Assembly: GCA_010356995.1 (NCBI GenBank)
Contig: ML996700.1
Location: forward strand, 62,001-126,000
Reading direction: 5' to 3'
Length of the DNA stretch: 64,000 nucleotides
Source: Trichodelitschia bisporula
Taxonomy: Eukaryota
Part shown: piece after piece, positions 1 to 12,647 of the stretch
How positions within the stretch are numbered: position 1 is the first letter of the stretch
Layout of the letters: every line of letters starts with the position of its first letter
The notes under the pieces: generated by a model
Database searches by the model: none
What the model saw: the letters and a program-made list of their open reading frames with translations, nothing else
What the model was told of the DNA's origin: nothing
Program-made: the position numbers and the translations under genes

Positions 1-1121
1 AACCTCGAGGCGCAATCGCATCCTTGATCCGCCGATTTACACCCGGCCTTCACCACCTCCAGATCAACACTGCCCGTGTGACGCGACCGGATGGCTCCTC
101 ACATACACACTTTGCGCTCGTCCCTGGGCCTGGAAGACATATTTTGCGGTACAGAAGTTCCTTCATCGCTGTTAACCGACAGCGTGAGAAGTCATTTGAC
201 CTCTCAACTGGCCAGCCGTTCGAAACTGTCACGCTGACTACACTCTATGCGCACCGTCATATCTTCGAGCAGCTATTTACCGAGGCTCACCACTTGGCCA
301 AGCGCTTGCAGGAAGGCAAGACGGTCATGTACACGGCGTGGGGCACAGATTGGAAGCCGTTCGGTGAGCCGAAACGAAAGCGTCCACTAGACTCGGTCGT
401 GTTGGAAGAGGGGGTCAAGGAACGTATCGTGGATGATATTCGCGCGTTTCTCGAGGCCAGGACCTGGTACCTCGACCGTGGCATCCCATACCGGCGCGGC
501 TATCTGCTATACGGCCCTCCTGGGACCGGCAAGAGCTCCTTCATCCAAGCTCTGGCTGGTGAGCTGGATTTCAATATTGCAATTCTCAACGTGAGCGAGC
601 GGGGGCTGACAGACGACCGTCTCAACCACCTCCTGACCAAGGTGCCTCAGCGGACAATTGTGCTGCTTGAGGACGCGGATGCAGCCTTTGTCAACCGCAA
701 GCAGTCGGACGAGCATGGCTATACCGGTCCCACTGTGACCTTCTCTGGGCTCCTCAACGCCTTGGATGGCGTGGCGAGCGCTGAGGAGCGCATAATCTTC
801 CTCACCACAAATCATGTGGAGAGACTCGATGAAGCCCTTGTCAGACCTGGGCGCGTTGACATGACGGTGCGCCTCGGAGAGGCTACCGAGTACCAGATGG
901 GACAGCTTTGGGACCGCTTCTACGCCGACATTGATACCGACAGGAAGGGGAAGCAGAGATTTATGGAGCGTGCTCGGGAGCTGGGGCTGGCGAAGAACGT
1001 CAGCACCGCTTCCCTACAGGGCTTGTTCTTGTATAATAAAGGGGACATGGACGGCGCCATCGCGATGGTAGAAGGTCTGGCAAACCCTAGTGCTCTGACC
1101 CATCCCAACACCGGAACGTAA
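1..1121 (+). CDS. BCS1: Mitochondrial AAA chaperone BCS1 (5'-truncated by window edge)
   Basis: Frame open from the window start. BCS1 N-domain (PFETVTLTTL, WGTDWKPFGEPKRKRPLDSVVL), Walker A GPPGTGKS, Walker B LLEDAD, TFSGLLNALDG, RPGRVD. Confidence 0.95.
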   Translation, partial: PRGAIASLIRRFTPGLHHLQINTARVTRPDGSSHTHFALVPGPGRHILRYRSSFIAVNRQREKSFDLSTGQPFETVTLTTLYAHRHIFEQLFTEAHHLAKRLQEGKTVMYTAWGTDWKPFGEPKRKRPLDSVVLEEGVKERIVDDIRAFLEARTWYLDRGIPYRRGYLLYGPPGTGKSSFIQALAGELDFNIAILNVSERGLTDDRLNHLLTKVPQRTIVLLEDADAAFVNRKQSDEHGYTGPTVTFSGLLNALDGVASAEERIIFLTTNHVERLDEALVRPGRVDMTVRLGEATEYQMGQLWDRFYADIDTDRKGKQRFMERARELGLAKNVSTASLQGLFLYNKGDMDGAIAMVEGLANPSALTHPNTGT

Positions 1122-1475
1122 AGTGTACATTAGATGATAGACCGCCGTAATAGCGTACGAACAGAGCGGAATTACTCTGTGATCGGGCTGTTACTGAATG
1201 GCGGGCGGAATGGCCCGCCGGTTTGTGGCTTGACAGAATGCTTGGGGTTCACCCCTGCTCCGGCAAGGGTACGGGCCGCAGGATCACCGGTCATTGCGCA
1301 TTGTGGGTGCAGCTTGCCAGAGCAGACGTGCAGCAGGCCGACGAAAGCAGTACCATATTGTCGTCTTCCTAGTTCTGCCCCCACACAAGCACTGTCTATC
1401 CTTAGTCGCCGATATTCGTACCAAGCGATTAAACCCCACGAACAAATTAATCCGCACAATCAGCTATGCCCCCGC

Positions 1476-4400
1476 ATGCAGGACGCTAATGCCCGTATCG
1501 GCCCCGGCCATCCCACACCCGCAGTCACACCAGGAAACAGTCGCACGCAGCCGGAAGGAGCCTTGGAACTGACGAAGCTTCCCCTGCGAAGCGACTCCTC
1601 CGTTACACACTCAGACGACGACGCCCCTCATGCCAGGACATCTGCAGGTGAAGGTCCGGAGGAAGAGATGGCCCCAGGATCGCGACCCGCCGATGACCAT
1701 GCCTTGACCGGTACCCCGCTGCTCGGATCGTCGCATAAGCGCACTGGCTCCTATGGAATAATACCGCAGGATGGAGAGGGCGGACCGAGCGCTGGCCGCG
1801 GCAACGGCACTCGTACGGACAAGAAAAGTCGGCGGAGACATTCGGTCGGCGAGAGCGAAGAACCTCTCATCGAAGCGTCGCCGTCGACGTCCCCCCGCCG
1901 GAGGAGCGTGCCCTGGGGAGAGCGATCCAAACGCAGACAATCCACAGATGTATCGGGCCTAGAGGCCGCACTGGAGAGAGGATCAGAGTCGGGCCTGGAG
2001 GCAAGGTTCACGGGAAGCGGGCTGCCATCCGTGTATGCACCTTCGTCACACGCGAACGCCTCTATCGAGGCTCTTTTATCCTCTGCGGAAATCTCTAACG
2101 ACGAAGACGACAACGGCCTTGACGATGAGCATGATAGCAGTCCTGGATATAAGAAGAGTCAGGCACGAGAACCTACGGAAAACTCTCCTTATGCGCAGGT
2201 CCGCGCCTCGGTTTCACCTCTCGATAATCTTTCGCTTTCGATAAATACCCCGCGCATGTGGGCGCTTTCTATCTTCTTTTCATTCTTCGGCTCTTCAACG
2301 AACCTGTTCTTTTCGCTGAGATACCCCAGTGTTAGCATTACCCCCATCATCGCATTGTTGGTCGCCCATCCCCTCGGTCTACTATGGGACCATATATTCT
2401 CCCGACCTGGCGACCCCAAAGGCGTATTCTTACAGGGCGTTTTTCAGGGCTTTCCAGACGAGGATGTTGATGATGACTCTATTGGCCCCCAGCGAGGCTG
2501 GAAAGAGCGGCTACGGTTGTGGCTCGCTCAAGGCAGCTGGAATGAGAAAGAGCATTGCTGCGTTTTTATTAGCAGCAATGTGTCTTTCGGGTTTGCCTTC
2601 GCAACTGATGTACGCTGCAATATTGTGCATGAGACTCAATCTGACGGAATGCAGGTGATTGTAGAGCAAAATAAGTTCTATCATCAGGAAGTCAGCATCA
2701 CATATCAGATCTTATTGACCATATCAACCCAAATTCTTGGATACGCCATGGCTGGGATCACGCGAAGGTTTTTAGTCCGTCCCAGCGGCATGATATGGCC
2801 CGGAACACTCGTATCAACAGCTATGTTCATCAGTCTCCACAAGGATGAGGACAAGCCGGCGGACGGTTGGCGGATATCACGCTTCAAGTTCTTTCTCTGG
2901 GTCTTCCTGGGCTCGGTAGCATTTTACTTTCTGCCAGGACTCCTCTTCCCAGCATTGAGCTGGTTCAGCGTCATCACCTGGTTTGCACCCAAGAACGTAA
3001 TCGTCGCCAATCTTGTAGGCCCCCTGTATCGTATCCCAAACGAATCTAATGCCCATAGTTTGGCGTTGCGTCGGGTCTCGGTCTCTTTCCGTTGACATTT
3101 GACTGGTCGCAAATTGCGTACATTGGCTCGCCTCTGGTTGTTCCTTTTTGGGCGGCTCTGAATATCATCACCGGCCTTGTGATTGTGATGTGGGTGTTGG
3201 CGCCCCTGATGTGTCAGTATCCTTTTCCAACTCTGTCATGATCTGACGGTTCCAGACTACGCCAACGTGCTGTACTCTTCTCACATGCCGATCTTGTCGG
3301 TTGCAGTCTTCGACAATAGGGGAAAGCCATACGACGTCAGCAAGATTCTAACCAAGGATTTTGTCTTCGACGAGCAGGCGTACAAGGACTACAGCCGCGT
3401 CTTCCTACCGATCACGTATGTGCTGAGTTACGCACTCCAATTTGCCGCACTGTCTGCTCTGATAACGCATACCGCCTGCTGGCACGGAAAGGACATCTGG
3501 AGACACTGGAAGGATTCACTCTCGGAGATTCGGGGCCAGCCAATGTACCAACAAATACCTGCGCGGCGTTCCAGCTCCCGAGTCTTTGATGCCCGTCGAA
3601 GCTCCTCATCCTTGGGCGGGTCAGAACCCGGTATTGAAAACATGATGAACTCAGACGACATCCATAATCGTCTGATGCAGAGATATGAAGATGTCCCTAT
3701 CTTCTGGTATCTTTTGACAGGCGCTGCTATGCTGGCGATCGGCATCTTTGTTGTCGAATAGTAAGTCCTTACTGTATCTTTTGTACCATCTTAACAGCAA
3801 TAGCTACCCGGTGCACCTTCCATGGTATGGGTTACTGATGGCACTCGGCATATGCATTGTGCTTTTCATCCCGATTGGCATTGTGATGGCCATCACCAAC
3901 CAGCAAACCAGTCTGTACCTGATCTGCCAGCTGATCTGCGGCTACGTCTTCCCCGGCCGCCCCGTCGCCAACATGGTCTTCGTAACCTACCAGATCTCCT
4001 CAACCCAAGGCCTAAAATTCTCCTCCGATCTGAAGCTAGGCCACTACATGAAAATCCCCCCCAAAATCCTCTTCTACCTCCAACTCACCGCCACCATCGT
4101 CTCCAGCATCACCCAAATCGGCGTGTTGAACTGGATGTTCCGCTTCATACCCCGCATCTGCACCGCAGACGCCATGAACGGCTTCACCTGCCCCATCGCT
4201 CGCGTGCACTTCAACGGCTCCATACTGTGGGGCGTAGTCGGGCCGACGCGTTTCTTCGGCCCTGGCGCGCTGTACAGCCCGCTCGTATGGGCCTTCCTGG
4301 TCGGCGCCATTGCCCCTGTGCTCGTCTGGCTTGCCGGCCGCCGCAGTCGGCGCCACCGCGGCTTCTGGCAGAAGGTCAACCTGCCCGTGCTCTTCGGCAG

Positions 4401-4754
4401 TCTGAGCTGGATACCGCCGGCGACGGGGCTGAATTTCAGCGTGTGGGCGCTGGTGTGCTATTTGTTCAATGATGTGATTAGGAAGAGGAAGAAGGAGTGG
4501 TGGACGAAGTATACGATGACGCTGAGTGCGGCGCTGGATTCGGGGCTTGCGGTAGGTGTGGTGCTTGTTTTTTTTGGGGTGGTGTTTCCCGGGTGGATGG
4601 ATGGGTTTAAGTGGTGGGGGACGGAGGTGTATAAACAGGTGAGTACTGTTATGATCTGCGTGGATGGTGCTAACGGGCGCAGGGTTGCGATTGGAAGGCG
4701 TGTGCATACAAGCCCATGGCGCCGGGGGAGCGGTTTGGGCCGCCACAGTGGTGA
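1476..4754 (+). CDS. OPT-family oligopeptide transporter, multi-exon
   Basis: ENSPYAQVRASV (SPYxEVRxxV-like), WNEKEH, SDLKLGHYMKIPP, LSAALDSG and many TM segments. Short GT-AG introns join ORFs 1134-3095, 3267-3761 and 3748-4833; last exon GCDWKAC...PPQW*. Start ATG chosen by inference. Confidence 0.9.
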
Positions 4755-4887
4755 TGTGGGAGGCATAGATGTGAATATGGATTTGAGACATGAACTACGA
4801 CCGATATCGGTAGATATCCAACGAAGTAAATAAACCGTGGACACCACTTGCTTTTCAGCAAGCGACCCCTCACCCTCTCACCGGCTC

Positions 4888-6535
4888 CTAAGCCTTAACA
4901 ATCCCATACCACATCAACCCAAGCACCCCCCCACCAACAATCGCAAACGGCGCACTAAGCCCAAACCACCGCCCCCCCACAAAACTCGTCGCCGTAACCG
5001 CAACCCACCACGGCCCAATCCCAAGCGGCGCCCCAGCCGCATGCTCCCCATCCACGAACCCGATCTGCCAAAGGCGGTACACAGCCGTATACACCAGCCC
5101 CACCCCCGCAGCATTGATCCCGCGTAACGCAGCGACAACAGCCCGGCGCGTCCGCATCACGCGCCAGAAACCCACCGCCCCCGCTATGATAACCATCCCC
5201 GGCGCGAATATGCCCACGAACCCCAAGACCGCGCCGGCAAGCGAGTGCACCCGTACACCCTGCACCGCGAGCCCGCCGAGATACACTGCGAAATTGAAGT
5301 TCGGGCCTGGGAACGCTTGGATCAGCGCGAGGCCGAGCAGGAAATCGCGGGCCGAGACCCAGCCTTCCGCGACGACGTACTCGCGTAAAAGGGGGATGAC
5401 GACGGGGCCGCCGCCGAAGATGATTGTGCCTGCTAGGTACATGTTTGCGAAGAGGGAGAGGGGCCGGGGGGCGTGGTGCAGCGTGGAACGGAGGGTTAGG
5501 ATTGTGACGAGGGTGGCGAGGAAGGCGGCAAGGATTATGCATCCGGTGCGGATGGTTAGGAGTTCTGGGGCTGGGGCCGGGGGGGCGGGGATGGATGTTG
5601 CGGAGCTGGAGGGGGAGACGGGGCGTGAGGTGGGTAGCACCGAGGCGGGCCGGCGGAGTTGGGCTGCGGAGTCGGACTCGAGGGCAGAGGTAGGCGCGCG
5701 GGGCGTGTGCTCCGTCGAGGGCGCGGCCTCGAGATGGACAACGTCTGGCTCGGGACGCTTCCTTAAAGACCGGAGAGCGCGATGCGGCAGGCGCAGATCC
5801 CAGAGGATAGTCACGACGCCCGCGCACACCATGATAACGGGGAAGAACCAGAGTGCCGTGTACAGCATGCCGATCGCGCCGGCTAGGAAGACGAGCAGGC
5901 GGGTGAGTTTGTCGGTGACGGCCTTTTCGCTGAGCTGCACGGCGGCGAGGGCGATGATGCCTACTGTTGCTGCGTTTAGGCCGGAGAGGAGGGCGTAGAC
6001 GGGGGCGGGAAGGAGCTCGGAGATGCGGGCTACGCCGACGGAGAGGGCGTACATGCCGATTGCGCCGGGGAGGCTTATGGGTTAGATACTTCTGTTGGGA
6101 ATGAGGGGGGGGCTGACCTCCAGACAAAGAAGGAGATGGTACCGACGAGCCAGCCGTTGCGGATTGAGTTGATGCAGAAGAGCATTTTGGTGCTGGCTGG
6201 ACCGGGGAGAACTTGGGATAGAGCGAAGAGCTCTTGATACTAGGAGGGGTTAGGAAATGGGGGTTACGGTGAGCGTGGGCCTTGCCGTTTGCTCGTCGAT
6301 CCATTTGAGCTTGCCGACAAACAGTTTATGAAACTAGAGCTGTAAGTATGGAGCAGCTTTCAATCAATTGACATACGATTTGAAAATGGACTGCCGGCCC
6401 GCCAAAAGACGTGAAGCCGAGATGCCAGTTCACGAGAAGCATCTCCCACATGCGGGCTGCCAGCTTCCGGGAGCCGGAATCAGCTCCATTCTCGCTCCTC
6501 ACTCTACGAACAGCGGTAACAAGAGAATACAACAT
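4888..6535 (-). CDS. Chromate transporter (CHR family, bi-domain), multi-exon
   Basis: Two CHR repeats: GFTSFGGPAVH...QVLPGPASTK and GTIIFGGGPVVIPLL...FLLGLALIQAFPGPNFNF. The 5' exons are separated by short introns. Confidence 0.9.
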
Positions 6536-6610
6536 CGGACCTGATCAAAAGCGACGACTCGAGCAACATGATGGAGAAAGTCCAGTATATAAAAGCTGGA
6601 GAACGCCTCA

Positions 6611-6617
6611 CACGTGA
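6611..6617. promoter_or_regulatory. E-box TCACGTG (Cbf1/bHLH-type site) upstream of the chromate transporter
   Basis: CACGTGA ~75 nt upstream of the CHR ATG, next to a TATATA element. Motif match only. Confidence 0.3.
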
Positions 6618-6768
6618 TACAAGACGACGGCCAATGGTATCCTTGGAGCGTGAGCACGTTATTCGGAGACCAAGGCGGGCACGCGGGGAAGATGCCATGG
6701 AGGCTTGCTTGGCCCGTGAAGCTTCAGCATGGCATTACTGAATTGCATTTCTTCCTGCCAATCAAGGG

Positions 6769-7853
6769 TCAACGACGAATCTTCATAGGCAGCGTCAAAG
6801 GGCCGCTGTAGTTGCTCCCTGTTTCAGACAGTCCGCGCTTGGCGAGTTCCTCCTTGATGATCTTCCACCGGCCCACCTGTGTCTCCTTCTCAACCAGCCC
6901 CACACGCTTGGGTATGACCTTGACGTTGGGCAGCTTCGTCAACCGCTTGTCGACCTCGATCGCCTCGACGAGCTTTTGGGGCTTAGGCTTTTCCGTGATT
7001 CTGTTGAAGAGCGCGCCGGCTGTTGCGCAGTTCTGGATGATAGGATCTGCGAGTGTGAGGCCCGTCCGACGCATCACTCGCTTAACCACCTGCGGTCATT
7101 AGACTGCGTTCGTAGACCAAGGGTAGAGCTTACAGCAAAGCGTATCTCCGGATTCTTGAGGGAGATTTGCTTCCAGGTCTGGGTACCCCCCTCGGCCTTC
7201 AGGGCCTCGTGCGCACTTGCCGGGTTTTCCTGTCCCTCACCAGCGTCCGCCATGTCATCCTCAATGCCACGCTCAAACTCCTCTCCCTCGTTCTCCACTT
7301 TGTTCTCGCTGGTGGTCGTCAAAGACTGGGCAAACAGCCTCTCGGCCTCCGCGCTGGGAAACTGAACGACCGTATCCTTGGAAGTGTTGTCGATTCCAAC
7401 GCTGACGCCTTCGGGCCATTGGGGGAATCCGTTGCGCAGCTCGTGCAGGGGAATGTTTTTCCTGACGAGTGTGAAAACCTCCACCAGCGCCTTGAGTACC
7501 TCAGCCTCGACGTGCTGAGGGTCGGTCACTTTATGTGCAGGCAGAAACCTAAGAATGTAAGCTTTGTACCACAAACTGACGAGGGTGATATACTCCGGGA
7601 ATGATGGAGCACTCAAGGCCGCTTGTTCAGCTAACTTCTCGGGCGTCGCTACCCACTCAAGCCCCTTCCATGTCGTTGCCGGGTTGATTACTGTTGTCGC
7701 TGGCCGCAGAACATGCTGCCGGTTGTGGGATGATGTTGCGAACGGGGCGCGAGAGGCTCGGAGTATGCAGGTACGGCAGATGAATTGCGGCGCTCTGGCG
7801 CCTTCGACAACCAGTTGGTCAGCGGCCGGTCGTAATCGAGTGAGTGCGCGCAT
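6769..7853 (-). CDS. Mitochondrial large-subunit ribosomal protein mL50-like
   Basis: Arg-rich presequence with a CRTC motif. C-terminal LPNVKVIPKRVGLVEKETQVGRWKIIKEELAKRGL resembles fungal mL50. Two short introns. Confidence 0.7.
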
Positions 7854-7989
7854 CTTGCGCTTGATATGGTGGGGGAGGAGGAATTGTGACGCGCGGAGAG
7901 AAGAGGGCTCCGATGTGGGAAGTGATATGGCTCGACGCCCCAAGAAAATCGATGAAGGCCAAATTTGGCCGACTTCCGGGCCTGCCATC

Positions 7990-7997
7990 CACGTGAC
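7990..7997. promoter_or_regulatory. CACGTGAC E-box in the divergent mL50 / AP-2 alpha promoter
   Basis: Full Cbf1-type consensus in a ~450-nt head-to-head intergenic region. Motif match only. Confidence 0.35.
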
Positions 7998-8326
7998 AAA
8001 CCACCTTCCTCCCCCCCAACATCAATCACCCGCCCTGAACGCCGCTACTCTCGATTTCACCGCCCTTCAACCTTTCGCACCCTGTTGTAGCATTGTGCCT
8101 CCCGTCTCTATCACCTTAGTTCTGGCTGCTACTTCCTTTGGCTCGCATCATTGCGCTACCCGCCGTGTTCCTCCCCACCAGCTGTTCCGCCTCCCTTCCC
8201 CACACTCCCTCCGCACTTGGCCTCAACTCCCACAATTGCTGCCCCATCTGATGGCCCAGTCCTCCAAGACGTGACGGTTCCGCGCCGTACATTCACTCCT
8301 TTCGCATGCCCCGAGACGCCGCTAGC

Positions 8327-11300
8327 ATGGCCTCAGGCAGTAGCACCGGCGGCATCTTTAGCCGCAACAGCCCTGGAAATGCGGCCTCGATGCGCGGTAC
8401 GCACCGCACATGAGCGCAACTGGTGTCAATACTGAGATCTTTCGCAGGCCTTGTGACGTTTATTGCCGACCTGCGCAATGCGAGAGCTCGGGAACTGGAG
8501 GAAAAGCGCATAAACAAGGAGCTCGCAAACATCAGGTTCGGGTCCCCGCTGCGGGTTATGAAGCTTGCTAACACTAGGCCGCAGGCAGAAGTTTAAAGGT
8601 ACCATCACTACCGGAGCTTTGGACTGCGCTAATATAGCTAGATGGGAGCTTGAACGGCTACTCGCGGAAGAAATACGTTTGTAAAGTACGGCTCCCGCCT
8701 CCGATTAAGGGACAGGGTTAACGGACATTAGTTGCTGTACATATATATACTCGGGTGGAACGTCGACTTTGGGCATCTTGAAGCGGTTAACCTCGTCTCG
8801 GCGACAAAATATTCGGAGAAGCAGATAGGATACCTCGGGGTGACGCTCTTCCTGCACGAGGAGCACGAACTGCTACACCTGGTGATTAATAGCATACGCA
8901 AGGATCTGAACGACCATAACGAGCTCAACAACTGCCTAGCTCTGCATGCTATTGCCAATGTCGGTAGCAAGGAGATGGGAGAAGCGCTCAGCGCTGACGT
9001 ACACCGGCTACTCATTTCACCGTAAGACACCAAAGGAAGGTTGTTCCTGGCTGACGTTTGGAGGACCTCGAAATCGTTCGTCAAGAAGAAGGCCGCCCTG
9101 ACGCTCCTCCGGTTGTTTCGCAAGTTCCCAAGCATCGTTCAGCCTGAATGGGCTGAACGCATCATTTCGCTAATGGACGACTCGGACATGGGCGTTGCGC
9201 TCTCAGTCACGTCCCTCGTTATTGCGCTGGTGCAAGAAAATCCTGAGCAGTTCAAGGCCAGCTACGTGAAGGCGGCACGGCGGCTGAAGGCTATAGCTGT
9301 GGATGGCGAGTGCTCCGTCGACTACCTCTACTACAAGGTCCCTTGCCCGTGGATCCAAGTCAAGCTGTTGAAGCTCCTGCAGTACTATCCGCCATCGGAC
9401 GACTCACATATCCGGGACCTGGTGCGAGAATCGCTGAAGCGTATTATGGACTCGGCCATGGAGATGCCGAAGAACGTACAGCAGAACAACGCGCAGAACG
9501 CAGTGCTCTTCGAGGCCATCAACCTCATCATTCATATGGACACAGAGCGCGACCTCATGGTCCAGATCTCGACACGTCTAGGCAAGTTTATCCAGTCGCG
9601 AGAGACGAACGTGCGGTATCTGGGTCTCGAAGCCATGACCCACTTGGCCGCCCGTGCCGATACGCTTGACCCTATCAAGAAGCACCAGGCTATCATCATC
9701 GGCTCGCTGCGAGATCGCGATATCAGCGTGCGGCGCCAGGGCTTGGACCTGTTGTACAGCATGTGCGACGCAAGCAATGCGCAGCCCATCGTCAATGAAC
9801 TGCTCAAGTATCTTCAGACTGCGGACTATGCGATCCGCGAGGAGATGGTCTTGAAGATCGCCATTTTAACGGAAAAGTACGCCACTGACATCCAGTGGTA
9901 CGTTAATACGGCGCTCAAGCTCATCGCCATGGCCGGTGACCACGTCAGCGACGAGGTGTGGCAGCGGGTGATCCAGATTGTCACGAACAACGAGGAGCTG
10001 CAGGTCTACGCCGCGGAGACGACGCTCAAGTACATGAAGCACGATCTCTGTCATGAGACTCTCGTCAAGATCGGCGCCTACATCCTTGGCGAATTCGGCC
10101 ATCTCATCGCCGATAGCCCGGGATGCAGTCCGATTGAGCAGTTCATGGCCCTTCACTCCAAGATGCAAGGCTGCTCGTTCAGCACTCGGGCCATCATCCT
10201 CTCGTCCTTTGTCAAGTTTGTCAATCTCTTCCCAGAAATTAAGCCGCAGCTGCTGCAGGTGTTTGATACCTACAGCCACAGCCTGGACCCGGAGCTGCAA
10301 CAGCGTGCGTGCGAATATCTCGCTCTAGCCACAATGCCGGAAGAGACCCTCCTCCAAACCGTGTGCGACGAAATGCCGCCCTTCCCCGAGCGCACCTCAG
10401 CGCTGCTCTCTCGCCTACACTCAAAGCACTCGACCACGAGCGACAAGCGGACCTGGATCATTGGTGGCCGTGACGCCAATGCCGATCCCAAGGAGCTCAA
10501 CTTGGTGCAGCAGACGGGCCTGAAGCGTAGCTTCACTACTGTGACCTCACCCACCGGCCGCGAGGCATCGAAGTCGGCCAACGGCAATGGCGTCTCACAG
10601 GCAGCCAACGACCTCGCGGGGCTAGAGATCAACAGCAACGGCAACGGGCACCAAGACAAGACGCCCAACCTGGCAAGCGCCGCGCATCTGAGCGCAGGCT
10701 GGGAGGCCGGGTACAACCGACTGGTACTCCGAGCGGAGGGCGTACTTTTCGAGGACCTGCAACTCCAGATCGGTCTGCGGTCGGAGTACCGCGAGGAGCT
10801 CGGCTGTCTGATCCTGTACTTTACGAACAAGAGCTCCTCGGCCATCAACTCCTTCACCACGACGCTGGATAACAAGGCGCCGGAGAAGCTGAAGACAGAC
10901 ATCAAGGGCCTGCCCGAGACTACTATCCCCCCCGACGGCCAAACGCAGCAGATGATCATGTTCGAGGCGCGGTCCCCTTTCGCCGACGCACCCACCATGC
11001 GCATCTCCTACCTCGCCGGCGCGCTGCAGGCGCTCACGCTACAACTCCCTGTCGTGCTACACAAGTACATGACGTCGGCGTCGCTGAGCGCAGACGACTT
11101 CTTCCGGCGGTGGAAGCAGATCGGGGGCGATGCGCGGGAGGCGCAGCGTGTGTTCGGCACCGTCGGCCGGGGCCGGACGATCAGTCGTGAGTTTACGCGG
11201 CGGGTGGTGGAGGGGTGCAAGTGGGGTGTGCTTGAAGGTGTGGATCCGAATCCTAAGAACCTGGTCGGGGCGACCATTTTGCATACTAGTGAGGGGGGCA

Positions 11301-11501
11301 AGTTTGGCTGCTTGATGCGCTTGGAGCCGAATTATGAGACGAATGTGGGTGTTCTAAAGCTGGTTTTGGGGGATGGTTGCTGACTGACTGGTGTAGATGT
11401 ATCGGCTTACGATCCGCGCGACGGATGACTCGGTGCCGCCGATTCTGATGAAGACGATGGAGGAGCGGTTGTCTCAGGGCGAGAATCCGGCCGGCGAGTA
11501 G
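8327..11501 (+). CDS. APL3: AP-2 adaptor complex alpha-adaptin, multi-exon
   Basis: Spliced N-terminus [36 protein letters not shown], then KKYVCKLLYIYILG, KQIGYL, the adaptin trunk, and the appendage ending GCLMRLEPN..MYRLTIRAT. An in-frame ATG also occurs at 8306. Confidence 0.95.
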
Positions 11502-11789
11502 GCTTCTTTTCGAGGGGATGCGGTTTGATGGGAGTTGGTATGACTTGCATGAGCATGGGGGGTTGGTTGGATTACGACGCATGCCGAATGAGTATTACAA
11601 GGTGGGAGAAGGGGATGCTGGCAGCAAAGAAGTAGTCGATGGCGACGGAAATATCCCGCAACCAAGGAGAGGCTGCTCATTTTATGCTTCTGTGCGTCAC
11701 TTTTGCTTCTGTACTTAGGCTCGGCATACCCATAGGATCGTGATACTAGCAGGCGTTCGCATACCACTCGTGTTATACAAATCGTCCCC

Positions 11790-12647
11790 CTACGCCGCCC
11801 CCTCAGCCGCACTCGTCTTCGCAGCCTCCCCTTTTGGCGGTCGCGCCCCGAAGATTGCACTCCCGACGCGCACCTCATCGCTGCCCAGCGCAATCGCGGC
11901 CTCGAAGTCCCCGCTCATGCCCATGCTAAGCTCCAGCTCTTGGACAGGTATGTCCAGCGCCGCAGCTACGTCGTCCCGCACCTTGCGCAGCGTTATAAAG
12001 TCCTCGTTCTCCTCCCCCGCAGCCGCGGCCTGACTCCGCGCTATCGCGCCTATGGTCATGAACCCCGCCAGCCGCAGCGCGGGACACGCGTCGCGGACGT
12101 GCGTTGCGAGTTCCAGGGCTGCTGGCGGGGTCACGCCGGACTTGGACGCTTCGCCGGAGGTATTTACTTGGATATAGATTCCGAGACGGAGCGGGGAGGA
12201 GGGGATATCGGACGTCGTGTTCGCCTCTTTCGCCTGAGCCTCGATGAAGGCCTTCCGCGCCTTATTCAGCGCGTCCGCCGTCCTCGCGCTATCGACGCTG
12301 GCAACGCAGAACAGGTTCGGGATGTGCGCGAGGGTTTTGCACTTGTTGCTCTGCAGCGCGCCGATGAAGTGCCAGTTTATGCTCTGGGGGAGGGCGGCGG
12401 CTTTGGAGGCGAGTTCTTGGACGTAGTTTTCGCCGAAGTGGCTGGGTGGGTTCGGGTTGGTGGGGGAGGGGGTGTGAAGGGCGAGGATGTCGCTGGGTGG
12501 TTTGAGTTTGGAGACGAGGAGGAGGCGGACGGCGCGGTGGGTTGGGTTTGCGGCGGCGATGTGTGAGGCTACGGTCGCGAGGTTGGCGAGGAGGGCCGCG
12601 GTGCGGGCGGGCGTGGGTGCCATGTCGTCGGGTGTGGGGGAGGACAT
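11790..12647 (-). CDS. Pyridoxal phosphate homeostasis protein (PLPBP/YggS/PROSC family)
   Basis: LLVSKLKP (PLP lysine), FGENYVQE, WHFIGALQSNK, QVNTSGEASKSG, LSMGMSGDFEAAI, VRVGSAIFG. Single exon. Confidence 0.95.
   Translation of the reverse strand: MSSPTPDDMAPTPARTAALLANLATVASHIAAANPTHRAVRLLLVSKLKPPSDILALHTPSPTNPNPPSHFGENYVQELASKAAALPQSINWHFIGALQSNKCKTLAHIPNLFCVASVDSARTADALNKARKAFIEAQAKEANTTSDIPSSPLRLGIYIQVNTSGEASKSGVTPPAALELATHVRDACPALRLAGFMTIGAIARSQAAAAGEENEDFITLRKVRDDVAAALDIPVQELELSMGMSGDFEAAIALGSDEVRVGSAIFGARPPKGEAAKTSAAEGAA

Noticed and set aside
4955..6304. Long overlapping or antisense ORFs (e.g. 4955-6304, 5114-5998, 10270-11004, 63175-63957)
   Set aside because: These are shadow ORFs of GC-rich real genes, with Arg/Pro/Ser-rich low-information translations.
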